Of a stretch of 64,000 bases of DNA, positions 21,151-31,285 are shown piece by piece; positions within the stretch are counted from its first letter, which is position 1; each line of letters opens with the position of its first letter. The DNA comes from an uncultured Clostridium sp. (GTDB taxonomy: Bacteria > Bacillota > Clostridia > TANB77 > CAG-508), in contig CABVAF010000003.1 in NCBI GenBank assembly GCA_902496295.1, positions 3,356 through 67,355 on the forward strand, written 5' to 3'. The translations under genes and the position numbers were made by a program. The notes under the pieces were generated by a model. That model made no database searches, was not told the DNA's origin, and saw only the letters and a program-made list of their open reading frames with translations.

Positions 21151-22593
21151 ATGTCAAAAGAAGATTATGAAGTAGTAATAGGTTTAGAGGTTCATGCAGA
21201 GCTTTCTACAAAAACAAAAATATTCTGTTCATGCCCAACAACATTTGGAGCAGAGCCAAATACACATATATGCCCAATATGTACAGCAATGCCAGGAACT
21301 CTTCCAGTACTAAATGAGAAAGTTGTAGAATATGCAGTAAAAGCAGGATTAGCAACAAATTGTACAATTTCTAAAGATAGTAAAAATGATAGAAAAAATT
21401 ATTTTTATCCAGATTTACCAAAAGCATATCAAATTTCGCAATTTGATAAACCACTTTGTGAGCACGGCTATATAGAAATTGAAGATGATGAAGGAAATAA
21501 AAAGAAAATTAGACTTTTAAGAATTCATATAGAAGAAGATGCTGGAAAGTTAAATCATAATGAATTTGGAGTAGGAAGTTTAGTTGATTTAAACAGAGCA
21601 GGAGTACCATTAATAGAAATGGTTTCAGAGCCAGACATTAGGTCAAGTAGAGAAGCAGAACAATATTTAAGAAAAATAAAATCTATATTAGAATATATAG
21701 AAGTTTCAGACTGTAAGATGCAAGAAGGCTCATTAAGAGCAGACGTAAACGTTTCTGTTAGAAAAAAAGGCGAAGAAAAATTTGGTATACGTACAGAAAT
21801 GAAAAATATGAACTCTTTTAGAGCAATAGTAAGAGCAATAGAATATGAAAAAGACAGACAAATAGAAGTGCTAGAAGAAGGCGGAAAAGTAGAGCAAGAA
21901 ACTTTAAGATGGGATGATATAAATGGAAGAACATATTCAATGAGAGACAAAGAAGATGCTCAAGATTATAGATATTTCCCAGATCCAGATTTAGTAGCTA
22001 TTCGTTTATCAGATGAGTATGTAGAAGAAATAAGAAAATCATTACCAGAATTACCAGAAAGTAGAAGAGATAGATACATTAAAGAATATAATTTATCAGA
22101 AAAAGATGCAAAATTGTTAACATCTTCAAAATATTTATCAAATTTGTTTGAAGGAGCTTTAGCAATTTGTGGAAACGCAAAAGCAGTTGCAAACTGGATA
22201 TTATCAGACATTTCTAGAATATTAAATGAAAAAGAACTAGAACCAGAAAATATCCCATTCACAGCAGAAGAGCTAGCAAAAATGATACAATTAATAGATA
22301 AAGGAACAATAAGTTCAGCAATTGCTAAGAAAGTTTTAACTGAATTATTTGAAAATCCAAAAAATCCAGAAGAAATAATAAAGGAAAAAGGCTGGATTCA
22401 AATTTCAGATGAAGGAGCTATAAAAGAAGTTGTTATAAAAGTATTAGAAAACAACCCTCAATCTGTAGCAGACTTTAAAGGTGGAAAGGACAAAGCTTTA
22501 GGTTTCTTAGTTGGTCAGGCAATGAAAGAAACAAAAGGAAAAGCAAACCCACAAATGTTAAATAAAATGTTCTTGGAAGAATTGAATAAATAG
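21151..22593 (+). CDS. gatB: Asp/Glu-tRNA amidotransferase subunit B
   Basis: 480 aa. GatB N- and C-terminal domains in conserved order. Confidence 0.9.
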   Translation: MSKEDYEVVIGLEVHAELSTKTKIFCSCPTTFGAEPNTHICPICTAMPGTLPVLNEKVVEYAVKAGLATNCTISKDSKNDRKNYFYPDLPKAYQISQFDKPLCEHGYIEIEDDEGNKKKIRLLRIHIEEDAGKLNHNEFGVGSLVDLNRAGVPLIEMVSEPDIRSSREAEQYLRKIKSILEYIEVSDCKMQEGSLRADVNVSVRKKGEEKFGIRTEMKNMNSFRAIVRAIEYEKDRQIEVLEEGGKVEQETLRWDDINGRTYSMRDKEDAQDYRYFPDPDLVAIRLSDEYVEEIRKSLPELPESRRDRYIKEYNLSEKDAKLLTSSKYLSNLFEGALAICGNAKAVANWILSDISRILNEKELEPENIPFTAEELAKMIQLIDKGTISSAIAKKVLTELFENPKNPEEIIKEKGWIQISDEGAIKEVVIKVLENNPQSVADFKGGKDKALGFLVGQAMKETKGKANPQMLNKMFLEELNK

Positions 22594-22662
22594 TTAGAAA
22601 TTAGGGACAGGTCCATATTTCTGAATTTCAGAAATTGGAGACAGGTCTCTAATTTTTTATTA
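22591..22662 (+). repeat. repeat element copy A (two GAAATTAGGGACAGGTC-like units around the palindromic spacer TTCTGAATTTCAGAA; terminator-like)
   Basis: Starts at the gatB TAG. Second unit forms a hairpin followed by T6. Copy B is 97% identical. Confidence 0.7.
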
Positions 22663-22747
22663 TTTAATAAAAAACTATTGACAAAAAATAAAAAAAGAAT
22701 TATTATTGTATTAATGTATTAATACAATAATAAAACAAGGAGGAAAA

Positions 22748-23119
22748 ATGAAGTGGAATTTTGAAAGTGATAGACCTATTTATATACAACTTGTGGAAAA
22801 AATGAAAATAGCTATTATCTCAGGAAAGTACAAAGCAGGAGATAGACTTCCTTCTGTGAGAGATTTTGCAATAGAAATAAAGGCAAATCCTAATACGGTA
22901 CAAAGGGCATATTTGGAATTAGAAGAAGAAGGCTTAGTATTAACACAGCGTACTAATGGGAAGTTTGTTACAGAAGATAAAAATTTAATAAAAAAGATGA
23001 GAGAAGAAATAGCAAAACAAAGCTTAGAAAAATTTATAGACAGTATGATTGAACTTGGGTTTTCAAAAGAGGAAATTAGAGAATATATAATGTTAAATTA
23101 TAGAAAGGAAAAGGAGTAA
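22748..23119 (+). CDS. GntR-family (YtrA-like) transcriptional regulator
   Basis: 123 aa wHTH motif (RLPSVRDFAIEIKANPNTVQRAYLELEEEGL). Confidence 0.75.
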   Translation: MKWNFESDRPIYIQLVEKMKIAIISGKYKAGDRLPSVRDFAIEIKANPNTVQRAYLELEEEGLVLTQRTNGKFVTEDKNLIKKMREEIAKQSLEKFIDSMIELGFSKEEIREYIMLNYRKEKE

Positions 23120-23120
23120 T

Positions 23121-23819
23121 ATGGAATTGTTAAAGTGTGTAGACTTATGTAAAGATTATGGACAGATTAAAGCTCTAAACAAAATTAATATTTCGATTGA
23201 AAAGGGAAGAATAGTGGGACTTTTAGGAACAAATGGTAGCGGTAAGACTACATTAATAAAAATAATTAATGAGTTACTAGTTCCAAGTAGCGGAGAAATT
23301 TTAATAAATGGTGTAAAACCAGGTATTGAAAGTAAAAAAATAATCTCTTATCTACCAGAAAGAACTTATTTACCAGAAGATAAGAAAGTAATAGAAATTA
23401 TAAAATATTTTAAAGACTTTTATAAAGACTTTAATAAAGAAAGAGCTGTAAAACTATTAAATGAATTAGATATAAACAAAGAAAGCAAATTAAAACAATT
23501 ATCCAAAGGAACAAGAGAGAAAGTCCAATTAGTTTTAGTTATGAGTAGAGATGCAGATTTGTATGTACTAGATGAGCCAATTGGAGGAGTAGACCCAGTT
23601 GCAAGAGATAGAATATTAGACTTGATATTAAAGAATTTTAAAGAAGGTGCAAGTATACTTATTTCAACGCATTTAATTTCTGATATTGAGAGAATATTAG
23701 ATGATGTTATTTTTATAAATAGGGGAGAAATTGTATTAACATCAAGTGCTGATGAATTAAGAAAGAAGTATAACACTTCTATAGAAGGAGCTTTTAAGGA
23801 GGTATTCAAAGGATGCTAG
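23121..23819 (+). CDS. ABC transporter ATP-binding protein
   Basis: Walker A GTNGSGKTT, signature LSKGTREK and Walker B LYVLDEP. Confidence 0.85.
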   Translation: MELLKCVDLCKDYGQIKALNKINISIEKGRIVGLLGTNGSGKTTLIKIINELLVPSSGEILINGVKPGIESKKIISYLPERTYLPEDKKVIEIIKYFKDFYKDFNKERAVKLLNELDINKESKLKQLSKGTREKVQLVLVMSRDADLYVLDEPIGGVDPVARDRILDLILKNFKEGASILISTHLISDIERILDDVIFINRGEIVLTSSADELRKKYNTSIEGAFKEVFKGC

Positions 23820-24622
23820 GAAAAATGTTAAAATATGATATAAAAGATTATTCTAAAAGTATGTTACCTATATGTTTAATGCTACTTATAATGTCTGTTA
23901 TAACAAGAATTTTTTATACGATTTCAGAAAGTTTTGAAGGTTTAAAGGCTACATTTAGTATATTATTTGGAATATCAACATTTATTTTTTGCATTACAAT
24001 TATAATTTCTTTGGTTTATTGCTTTTTTATATCTGTAAAAAATTATTATAAAAAAGTTTTAAAAGATGAAGGGTATTTAACTCATACATTACCTGTTAGA
24101 AAAAGTACTATTATTTTATCTCAAATAATTAGTTCAATTATATGGCTATTTATTATATGTATAATAATATTAGCTACATTAGCAATAGCATATTATCAAA
24201 AAGGTATGATAAGTTCATTTATAAATATAATGAATTCAGAAATGAGTAGTGAACTGATAGTATCACCTATAGTTACATTAATAATTATTGCAGTAATGAT
24301 GATTTGTTCTTATATAGCTACAGTTTTAGCAATATATTGTTCAATGACAATAGGGCATAGTTTTAGTAATAATAAAATTGCTTATTCAATTGTAACAGGA
24401 GTAGTATTTTATGTAGTATATCAAGTGTTAGGCATTGTTGCAGTAGTGGCAGTTATTGCATGTAATTATGGCAGTCTAGAAACTATGATAAATGGTATGA
24501 CAATGACAGAAAACGTATTAATTCAGTTGATAGTATCAACATTTATTACAAATGTTATTATAGGAATTGCATCATATATTTTGACAAATTATAATTTAAA
24601 AAAGAGATTAAATTTAGAATAG
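23813..24622 (+). CDS. ABC-2-type permease
   Basis: 269 aa polytopic protein. Its start overlaps the ATPase stop, indicating translational coupling. Confidence 0.6.
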   Translation: MLGKMLKYDIKDYSKSMLPICLMLLIMSVITRIFYTISESFEGLKATFSILFGISTFIFCITIIISLVYCFFISVKNYYKKVLKDEGYLTHTLPVRKSTIILSQIISSIIWLFIICIIILATLAIAYYQKGMISSFINIMNSEMSSELIVSPIVTLIIIAVMMICSYIATVLAIYCSMTIGHSFSNNKIAYSIVTGVVFYVVYQVLGIVAVVAVIACNYGSLETMINGMTMTENVLIQLIVSTFITNVIIGIASYILTNYNLKKRLNLE

Positions 24623-24691
24623 TTAGAAATTAGGGACAGGTCCGTATTTCTGAATTTCAGAAATTGGGGACAGGTCTCTAATTTTTTATCT
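24620..24691 (+). repeat. repeat element copy B
   Basis: Begins at the permease TAG and differs from copy A at 2 positions. Confidence 0.7.
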
Positions 24692-24698
24692 AACAACT

Positions 24699-24950
24699 TT
24701 AAAGTTTCATCTCTTTTTTTAACTTATTAAAAGATAAACTACAAACTAAACTTATAACAATAAAATATAAACTACTAGTAAATATAGATATGCCAGTATA
24801 AAATAATGTAGGAACTGAATATATAGTAGAATATGTGAAAAGAATAATAGTAGATATAATTAGTAAAGTAAATGAAAATTTAATACAAGCTTTCATTATG
24901 CTAACAATGTTTTTATCAATATTTTTAAATTCATTAAAAATCTTTTTCAT
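24699..24950 (-). CDS. small hydrophobic membrane protein
   Basis: 83-aa ORF with two predicted TM segments. Confidence 0.3.
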   Translation of the reverse strand: MKKIFNEFKNIDKNIVSIMKACIKFSFTLLIISTIILFTYSTIYSVPTLFYTGISIFTSSLYFIVISLVCSLSFNKLKKEMKL

Positions 24951-25186
24951 ATGTACACCTCGCTTAATCTATTACTAAATAAATGTTAACATAAAACGAA
25001 ACAAACATCAATGGAAAATGTGACCATATAAGAAGGCAAGACAGAGCTAGGTATAGGTAATTATAAAGTGAATAGGAGTTAAAATATAAAGAAAAAACTA
25101 ATCTATATGGAATTATCCTAAAAAGATATTTCTATATAGATTAGTTTTTAGATATTTTTAAAAAACTGTGCACAATCTTTTAAAAA

Positions 25187-25462
25187 CTATTTTGCTAAAG
25201 CATTTAATTTCTTAGCCATGTTTGATTTTTTTCTAGCTGCTGTATTTTTTACAATAACACCTTTTGTACAAGCTTGATCTACTTTTTTTGTAGCTTCTGC
25301 AAATAATTTTGTAGCTTCTTCTTTATTTCCATCTTCTATAGCTTGTTCAAATTTCTTTACAGCTGATTTATATCCAGATTTAATCATATTATTTCTAAGA
25401 GTTTTCTTTTCAATAACATTAACACGTTTGATAGCTGATTTAATGTTTGGCATATTTTGCAC
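25187..25462 (-). CDS. rpsT: 30S ribosomal protein S20
   Basis: 91 aa basic protein beginning [11 protein letters not shown]. Confidence 0.85.
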   Translation of the reverse strand: MQNMPNIKSAIKRVNVIEKKTLRNNMIKSGYKSAVKKFEQAIEDGNKEEATKLFAEATKKVDQACTKGVIVKNTAARKKSNMAKKLNALAK

Positions 25463-25691
25463 CTCCCCTTAAGTTAATAAAATCAACATATATTTTACCA
25501 TGAAATTTTAACTTTGGCAAGTACTTAATACAAATTTAATAATGAGTAAAAGCATGTTTAAGCTAAAATTAATATATTAGGTAAAAAATACGCCTAACAT
25601 AAAAAAACGACTTGCAAAAAGTTAAAAAAACATATATAATTAAAATAACTCACAAATGACAATCATATAAATTTTGGAAGGAGCGATTTTT

Positions 25692-26225
25692 ATGAATATA
25701 AAAATAACAGGAAAAGAGTTAAAAGCTACAGAAGCAATAAAAGATTATATTGAAAAGAAAGCAGACAGATTAGTAAAATATTTTGGAGAAGAGTTTGACT
25801 TATATGCAACAATTAAAACAGAAGGAGCAGAGCAAATTGCAGAAATGGATGTAACAGCAGGAAGCGACAGATTAAGAGCAGTTACAGCACATAGAGATTT
25901 GTATGCATCTATAGATAAAGATATAGACATATTAGAAGGTCAAGCAAGAAAAGTTAAAACAAAAAAAGATAAACAAAATATGACAGAATCAATTAGAATG
26001 AAAGAAACTTTAAGAGCAGAAGAAGAACATGAAGTAGAAGGAGAAATATTAAAAACTTTATATTATGAAATAAAACCATTAGCGCCAGAGGATGCTAAAC
26101 TAAAATTAGAAGAAAGACCACAAGATAGATTTTTAGCATTTATTAATTTAGAAAATAATAAAGTAAATGTAATATATCGTTTAAAAGATGGAAAGAATTT
26201 TGGTTTAGTTGAACCAGAAGCATAA
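25692..26225 (+). CDS. hpf: ribosome hibernation promoting factor, long form
   Basis: Begins MNIKITGKEL with a GGAAGGAG RBS and carries the C-terminal dimerisation domain. The ORF track starts at the upstream TTG 25674. Confidence 0.8.
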   Translation: MNIKITGKELKATEAIKDYIEKKADRLVKYFGEEFDLYATIKTEGAEQIAEMDVTAGSDRLRAVTAHRDLYASIDKDIDILEGQARKVKTKKDKQNMTESIRMKETLRAEEEHEVEGEILKTLYYEIKPLAPEDAKLKLEERPQDRFLAFINLENNKVNVIYRLKDGKNFGLVEPEA

Positions 26226-26277
26226 ATAGAATAGTATATATTTATTATAATATATAGCTAATAATAAATAAAAAGGA

Positions 26278-26305
26278 CTGTGCAGAGATATTATCACTGC
26301 ACAGC
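26278..26305. terminator. GC-rich hairpin between hpf and the GC-rich ORF
   Basis: CTGTGCAG...CTGCACAG stem flanked by an A-run and a T-run. Confidence 0.6.
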
Positions 26306-26346
26306 CTTTTTGCTAGGAGAGAAAACTCTCCCTGAGAGTAGAGGCC

Positions 26347-26763
26347 TTAGCTTTTAAGCTCCACGTTGATAGCGATGAAGTTTTGTCCGTCTTCGGACTG
26401 TTCAAAAGAGAAACTCTTGACAAACTTGGGATCCGAAAAGTAACGCATTGCGTAGTCCAGAAAGGCACGCAAATCACCAAAAGTGGACACCATGTGAAAA
26501 CGAACGTAGGAACCGCTGGGAAGGTAAATATCCATACAGGAAATACCTTTCCCGTTGCTGGGAACGTAAAGCTTGTCCTCGATATACCGTCCTTCAGAAT
26601 TGAAACGATGGTAAAAACGAAGAACCGCCTCGCACGAATCAACGCTTCCAAGCGCGTCGATTTGCTCTTTCAGAGCCTTGGACTTTTTGCCCTTCATCTT
26701 GTGCAGCAAAACCCGGAACTGGGAACTGCTGACAATGGGGCTTCCTTCCAAAGATGGAAACAT
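26347..26763 (-). CDS. hypothetical protein encoded in a GC-rich (~48%) island
   Basis: 138 aa with RBS AGAGGT 8 nt upstream of ATG. The composition shift is confined to the CDS plus its 3-prime UTR. No recognisable family. Confidence 0.5.
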   Translation of the reverse strand: MFPSLEGSPIVSSSQFRVLLHKMKGKKSKALKEQIDALGSVDSCEAVLRFYHRFNSEGRYIEDKLYVPSNGKGISCMDIYLPSGSYVRFHMVSTFGDLRAFLDYAMRYFSDPKFVKSFSFEQSEDGQNFIAINVELKS

Positions 26764-26961
26764 TGCTGATTACCTCTTTTCTCTATATATTAGGCTAAAA
26801 GCCGTATATTTATTATATCACAAAAATATATATAAAACAAATATATTATAAAATTAATATAAAAACAATAAAACAAAATTCGACTAATTATACTATATTT
26901 ATCATTTTTTTGGTGTTATAATGTAGTTGTGTGTAAAATTTGAAAAAGAGGGGTATATTTA

Positions 26962-28080
26962 GTGAAAATACTGTTAGTTATAGACCAATATCAAAATGGA
27001 AATAATGGAACAACAATTTCTGCAAGAAGATTTGCGGAAGGTCTGCAAAAAAGAGGACATACAGTAACAGTACTTACAACAGGTCAAGAAGGAGAAAATA
27101 AATTTATAGTAAAAAGTTTAAAACTTCCTATAGGAATTTCTGGAATAATAAAATCGCAAGGAATGAATTTTGCTGTACCAGATAAAGAAATAATAAGAAA
27201 AGCGATGCAAGATGTAGATATAGTACATTTTTATATGCCATTTTGGTTATCAAGGACTGCTAAAAAAATCGCAGATGAATTAAAAATTCCAAATACAGCT
27301 GCATTTCATGTACAACCAGAGAATATAACTTATACTATAAAAATGGGAAATGTAAAATTATTAAATGATAAAATTTATGAAGAATTTAGAGATGACTTCT
27401 TTAATAAGTTTAACAGAATACATTGCCCAAGTGAATTTATAGCAAATCAATTAAGAGAGCATAATTATACAGCAAAATTATATGTTATTTCAAATGGAAT
27501 ACAAGATAAATTTAGACCACTACCAAAAGAAGAAAAGAGCAAATTTGTTGTTACTATGGTAGGAAGGTTATCAGGAGAAAAAAGACAAGATTTGCTTTTT
27601 GAAGCAATAAAAAAATCAAAATATGAAAAAGATATTCAACTTGTTTTGGCAGGCAAAGGGCCAAAATATAGACAGTATGTAAAAATGGGGGAAGGATTAA
27701 CTAATAAGCCAGTTATAGAGTTCTGTAATGAAGAACAATTATTAGATTTATTACATAAAACAGATTTATATGTACATACTTCAGATGCAGAAATAGAAGC
27801 AATATCTTGTATAGAGGCAATTGCTTGTGGTAATGTTCCTATTATTTCAAATAGTAATAAATCTGCAACTCCGCAATTTGCATTAGATGAAAGGAGTTTG
27901 TTTGAAGCAGGAAATAGCGATGACTTAGCAAAAAAGATAGATGCATGGTTAGATAATCCACAAGAACTTAACAACATGAGGAAAACATATGCTGAAAGTG
28001 CCAATAAATATAGAATAGAGAATAGTATGAAAAAAATAGAGGAGATGTTTGAAGATGAAATTGCTGAGAGGAGTAATTAA
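26962..28080 (+). CDS. GT4-family glycosyltransferase
   Basis: 372 aa. GTG start with a GGGG RBS. GT-B fold pattern ending in the E-x7-E region. Extended -10 promoter TGTTATAAT upstream. Confidence 0.75.
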   Translation: MKILLVIDQYQNGNNGTTISARRFAEGLQKRGHTVTVLTTGQEGENKFIVKSLKLPIGISGIIKSQGMNFAVPDKEIIRKAMQDVDIVHFYMPFWLSRTAKKIADELKIPNTAAFHVQPENITYTIKMGNVKLLNDKIYEEFRDDFFNKFNRIHCPSEFIANQLREHNYTAKLYVISNGIQDKFRPLPKEEKSKFVVTMVGRLSGEKRQDLLFEAIKKSKYEKDIQLVLAGKGPKYRQYVKMGEGLTNKPVIEFCNEEQLLDLLHKTDLYVHTSDAEIEAISCIEAIACGNVPIISNSNKSATPQFALDERSLFEAGNSDDLAKKIDAWLDNPQELNNMRKTYAESANKYRIENSMKKIEEMFEDEIAERSN

Positions 28081-28750
28081 TTTTCTACAAGATACTTTTT
28101 ACTATTTAATTGCTGTACCAATTCTATTTGTGGTAAATAAAGTGGTACTGGGTTATAAAATAGTAGGAAAGGAAAATATAAAAAAAGTACCTGGAGCGAA
28201 GATAACAATTTCTAACCATGTACATACAATAGACTGTTCTATGAATGGGATAGTAAACTTTCCACAATATTGTTATTTTGTTACATTACAAAGTAATGTT
28301 GATTTACCTTTTATAGGAAAGTTGGTAAGATTACTAAGAGGTATTCCTATACCTTTAAAAATTTCTGAAAAAGAAAAATTTTATAAACATGTATCAAAGT
28401 TATTAGAGGAAGGGGAAACAGTACATATATATCCAGAAGGAGAACTAAGGTCATATGCAACGGATTTGATTAAATTTAAGAAAGGAGCTTTTGTAATAGC
28501 AGTAGAAAACAATGTTCCAATAGTTCCAAGTGTTATTTTAACAAGAGAACCAGAAGGAATATATAAATATTTTAAGAAAAAGCCTTTATTTACACAAGTC
28601 GTTCTAGAACCTATATATCCAGATTTGACAATAGAAAATAAAGGAGAAAGAATAAAAAAGATGTTAAATGAAGCTTATGAAAAAATGAGTAAATGTATAG
28701 AGAATAATGAAATGTTTGATGAAGATGAAAAACAAGAAGTAGAGGTTTAG
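28055..28750 (+). CDS. PlsC-family (lysophospholipid) acyltransferase
   Basis: HVHTID (HxxxxD) and PEG motifs. Overlaps the GT4 stop by 26 nt. Confidence 0.65.
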   Translation: MKLLRGVINFLQDTFYYLIAVPILFVVNKVVLGYKIVGKENIKKVPGAKITISNHVHTIDCSMNGIVNFPQYCYFVTLQSNVDLPFIGKLVRLLRGIPIPLKISEKEKFYKHVSKLLEEGETVHIYPEGELRSYATDLIKFKKGAFVIAVENNVPIVPSVILTREPEGIYKYFKKKPLFTQVVLEPIYPDLTIENKGERIKKMLNEAYEKMSKCIENNEMFDEDEKQEVEV

Positions 28751-28814
28751 AAAGTAGAAAGAAGACAACCACCAATTACTAAAAAAGTAAGTGGTGGTTG
28801 TTTCAGCTGAAAGG

Positions 28815-29255
28815 TCAGCTGTTCGATTCGAGCGGTTCGAAGCGAGGTTCAGAAGTGGACCACACAACGCCTTGATTCGACATTGAGGCGTATACGGTCA
28901 AGCCGTTTTTCATAGGAACTTTTGCCGTATTGGCTGAAATGAAAACTAGCTTAGGCGAAGCTGCCTCGGAGCAAAAACAATCGCTGTAAAAAGTGAGTTC
29001 GTCCTTAGACTGATAACGAGTACCATCACTCCAGAAGTATATGGAGAGAAATTCGCTATCAGACGTTTCCAAACGACCTTGACACTCTTCAAGTTGGGCC
29101 GACAACGTTTCGTTTTCTTCTTGCAGGGAGTTGATTTGCTGCGTCAGTTCAGCGACAGGGTCTTGGATATCCTCGTTACTTTCCTCCTCGCACCCAGAAA
29201 GTGACAACGTCACAAACAGGGCACATAAAATTATGAACCAAACCCGTTTCCTCAT
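28815..29255 (-). CDS. lipoprotein with coiled-coil segment, GC-rich (~47%) gene
   Basis: Probable start MRKRVWFIILCALFVTLSLSGC (lipobox LSGC) with AAAGGA RBS. The ORF track extends it to 29309. Confidence 0.5.
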   Translation of the reverse strand: MRKRVWFIILCALFVTLSLSGCEEESNEDIQDPVAELTQQINSLQEENETLSAQLEECQGRLETSDSEFLSIYFWSDGTRYQSKDELTFYSDCFCSEAASPKLVFISANTAKVPMKNGLTVYASMSNQGVVWSTSEPRFEPLESNS

Positions 29256-29449
29256 AATGCAACATCCTTTCTGTATAGTTGTAAATAAATAATAACATAT
29301 AATTAACATAATGTCAATTTAAGGAATTACTTACAAAAAAAGCAACCTTTTTAAAAATATCTAAAAAGGTTGCTTTTTTACGTGTTTTAAGCAAATATAT
29401 AAGTATAAAATACTAATACTATTTATGCTTTTTAAGTCCTACGCAAAAA

Positions 29450-29650
29450 CTATTTCATTTGGTTTTCAGCTTGTTGGATTAATTTCTTAACCATTTGACC
29501 ACCTATTCTACCAGCGTCTCTTGAAGATAAATCTCCATTATAACCTTGTTTTAAATTAACACCAACTTCGTTAGCTACTTCATATTTGAATTTGTTAAGA
29601 GCTTCTTTAGCTTCTGGAACTACAGAATAATTGCTGTTGTTATTTGCCAT
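29450..29650 (-). CDS. alpha/beta-type small acid-soluble spore protein
   Basis: Begins MANNNSNYSVVPEAKEALNKFKYEVANEVGV. RBS GGAGGTG. Confidence 0.85.
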   Translation of the reverse strand: MANNNSNYSVVPEAKEALNKFKYEVANEVGVNLKQGYNGDLSSRDAGRIGGQMVKKLIQQAENQMK

Positions 29651-29955
29651 GTCTTTCACCTCCTAAATGTGATAAATAAAGCTTTGAAAAAACGTTTTGT
29701 CTTTTCAATATATAGATTGCACAATAACTAAAAAAATAAACTGGAAATTTATGAGAAAAATTATAAAAAAATTTAATTAATTACCTATCAATAATTGTAT
29801 TTAAATTGTAAGTTTTGTATAATAAAGTAGATTTAGTTTAAAATTAGATATATAATGTAGAATATATTGTATATAAATAAATTAAAATGTAATATATAGG
29901 ATGAAATATAGCAGAAGCAAAAGTTTAAAGAAAGGAGATAATCATATAAAAATAT

Positions 29956-30831
29956 ATGTATAAGTTAATAGCAATAGATTTAGATGGTACATTATTAAAT
30001 TCATATGGAACAATATCTGAAACAGATAAAAATACTTTAAAAAAAGCAATAGAAAAAGGTATAAAAGTAATTCTTACTTCTGGACGAGGTACAATGTCTG
30101 TAAAAAATTTTGCAAATGAAATTGGAGTAGATGGAGATATTATTTGTGGAAATGGAGCCATAATATATAATTTGCAAGAAGATAAAATAATATACAACCA
30201 ATATATTGATAAAAATAAAGTTTTGCAAATTATGAAAATTTGTGAAGAAAATAGTATTTATTATAATGTTTTTACAGAAGACACTATATTAACAAGTTCA
30301 CTTGCATATAATGTTTTATTTTACAATCAGGAAAATATAAAAAAGCCAGATAGTAAGAAAACAAATATAAATATTATTCCAAATATTTATAAATATGTAG
30401 AAGAAAGAGTTAAAGAAGACTATTTAAAAATTTGCATATGTGATAAAAGTAATATTATATTTGGTGGTATAATGAAAAAATTAAAGGAAGTTAAAAATGT
30501 TAATGTTATGGAAGTGGCTCATATGGCAAGAAAACTTATTGCAAATGGTACAGATTATGTTCCAGTAGAATACTACATTACAGAAATAATGAATAGTGAT
30601 GCAGATAAATGGAATGCAGTTAAGTTTTTAGCAGATAAATTTAATATAGACAAAAGTGAAATTATAACAATAGGAGATAACGTAAATGATGAACAAATGC
30701 TAAGAAATGCGGGCCTTGGTGTAGCAATGGGAAATAGTGCTCCATACATACAAGAAATGGCAAAAGAGGTAACTTTGGATAATAATTCAAATGGAGTTGC
30801 ACATATTGTTGAAAAATATATACTTAATTAA
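29956..30831 (+). CDS. Cof-type HAD-family hydrolase
   Basis: Has the IAIDLDGTLL motif. 291 aa. Confidence 0.75.
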   Translation: MYKLIAIDLDGTLLNSYGTISETDKNTLKKAIEKGIKVILTSGRGTMSVKNFANEIGVDGDIICGNGAIIYNLQEDKIIYNQYIDKNKVLQIMKICEENSIYYNVFTEDTILTSSLAYNVLFYNQENIKKPDSKKTNINIIPNIYKYVEERVKEDYLKICICDKSNIIFGGIMKKLKEVKNVNVMEVAHMARKLIANGTDYVPVEYYITEIMNSDADKWNAVKFLADKFNIDKSEIITIGDNVNDEQMLRNAGLGVAMGNSAPYIQEMAKEVTLDNNSNGVAHIVEKYILN

Positions 30832-31285
30832 ATATTAAATTATAAAACTAATTGAATAATTAATAAAAAAAAGCACATAACTATTTTTAATAGGAGTGTG
30901 TTTTTTTATGAGTGGAAAAGATAGAAAAGAAATTGAAAGAAGAGAAAAAATAGACAGGACTAAAGAAGAAATAGGGGAGATAGAAGATACAACTAAGTAT
31001 GGGGAATTTGTATCTTCTTATTTTGCATGGCTTACTTTGGACAGACAAAAGAAGACAGCAAAAAGACTAGAAAATATTACTAAGAAAGATGAGGAAAAAT
31101 AGATTAAAAAAATTAGTAATAAGTAAAAAGGATAAAATATGAAATTAAATAATTTAGAAAGAATTAAAGAATGTAATTAAAAAAATTATAAAAAAGTATT
31201 GCAATATAAAAAAAATGTAGTATAATAATAATGTAGGTCAAAGAAAGTTAAAGTCAATAAAACAATAAAAAGAGGAAGTGATTAT

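Noticed and set aside
22591-24691. CRISPR array
   Set aside because: Only two units per copy, about 17 nt each, with a 15-nt palindromic spacer and no cas genes. The structure is terminator/REP-like.
26313-26769. Overlapping ORFs 26313..26651(-) and 26383..26769(+) in island b. The same occurs in island d (37910..38329(+), 38414..38911(+)) and island e (52932..53159(+), 52821..53027(-)).
   Set aside because: They are artefacts of low stop-codon frequency in GC-rich DNA. Only one frame per island has a proper RBS, promoter and terminator context.
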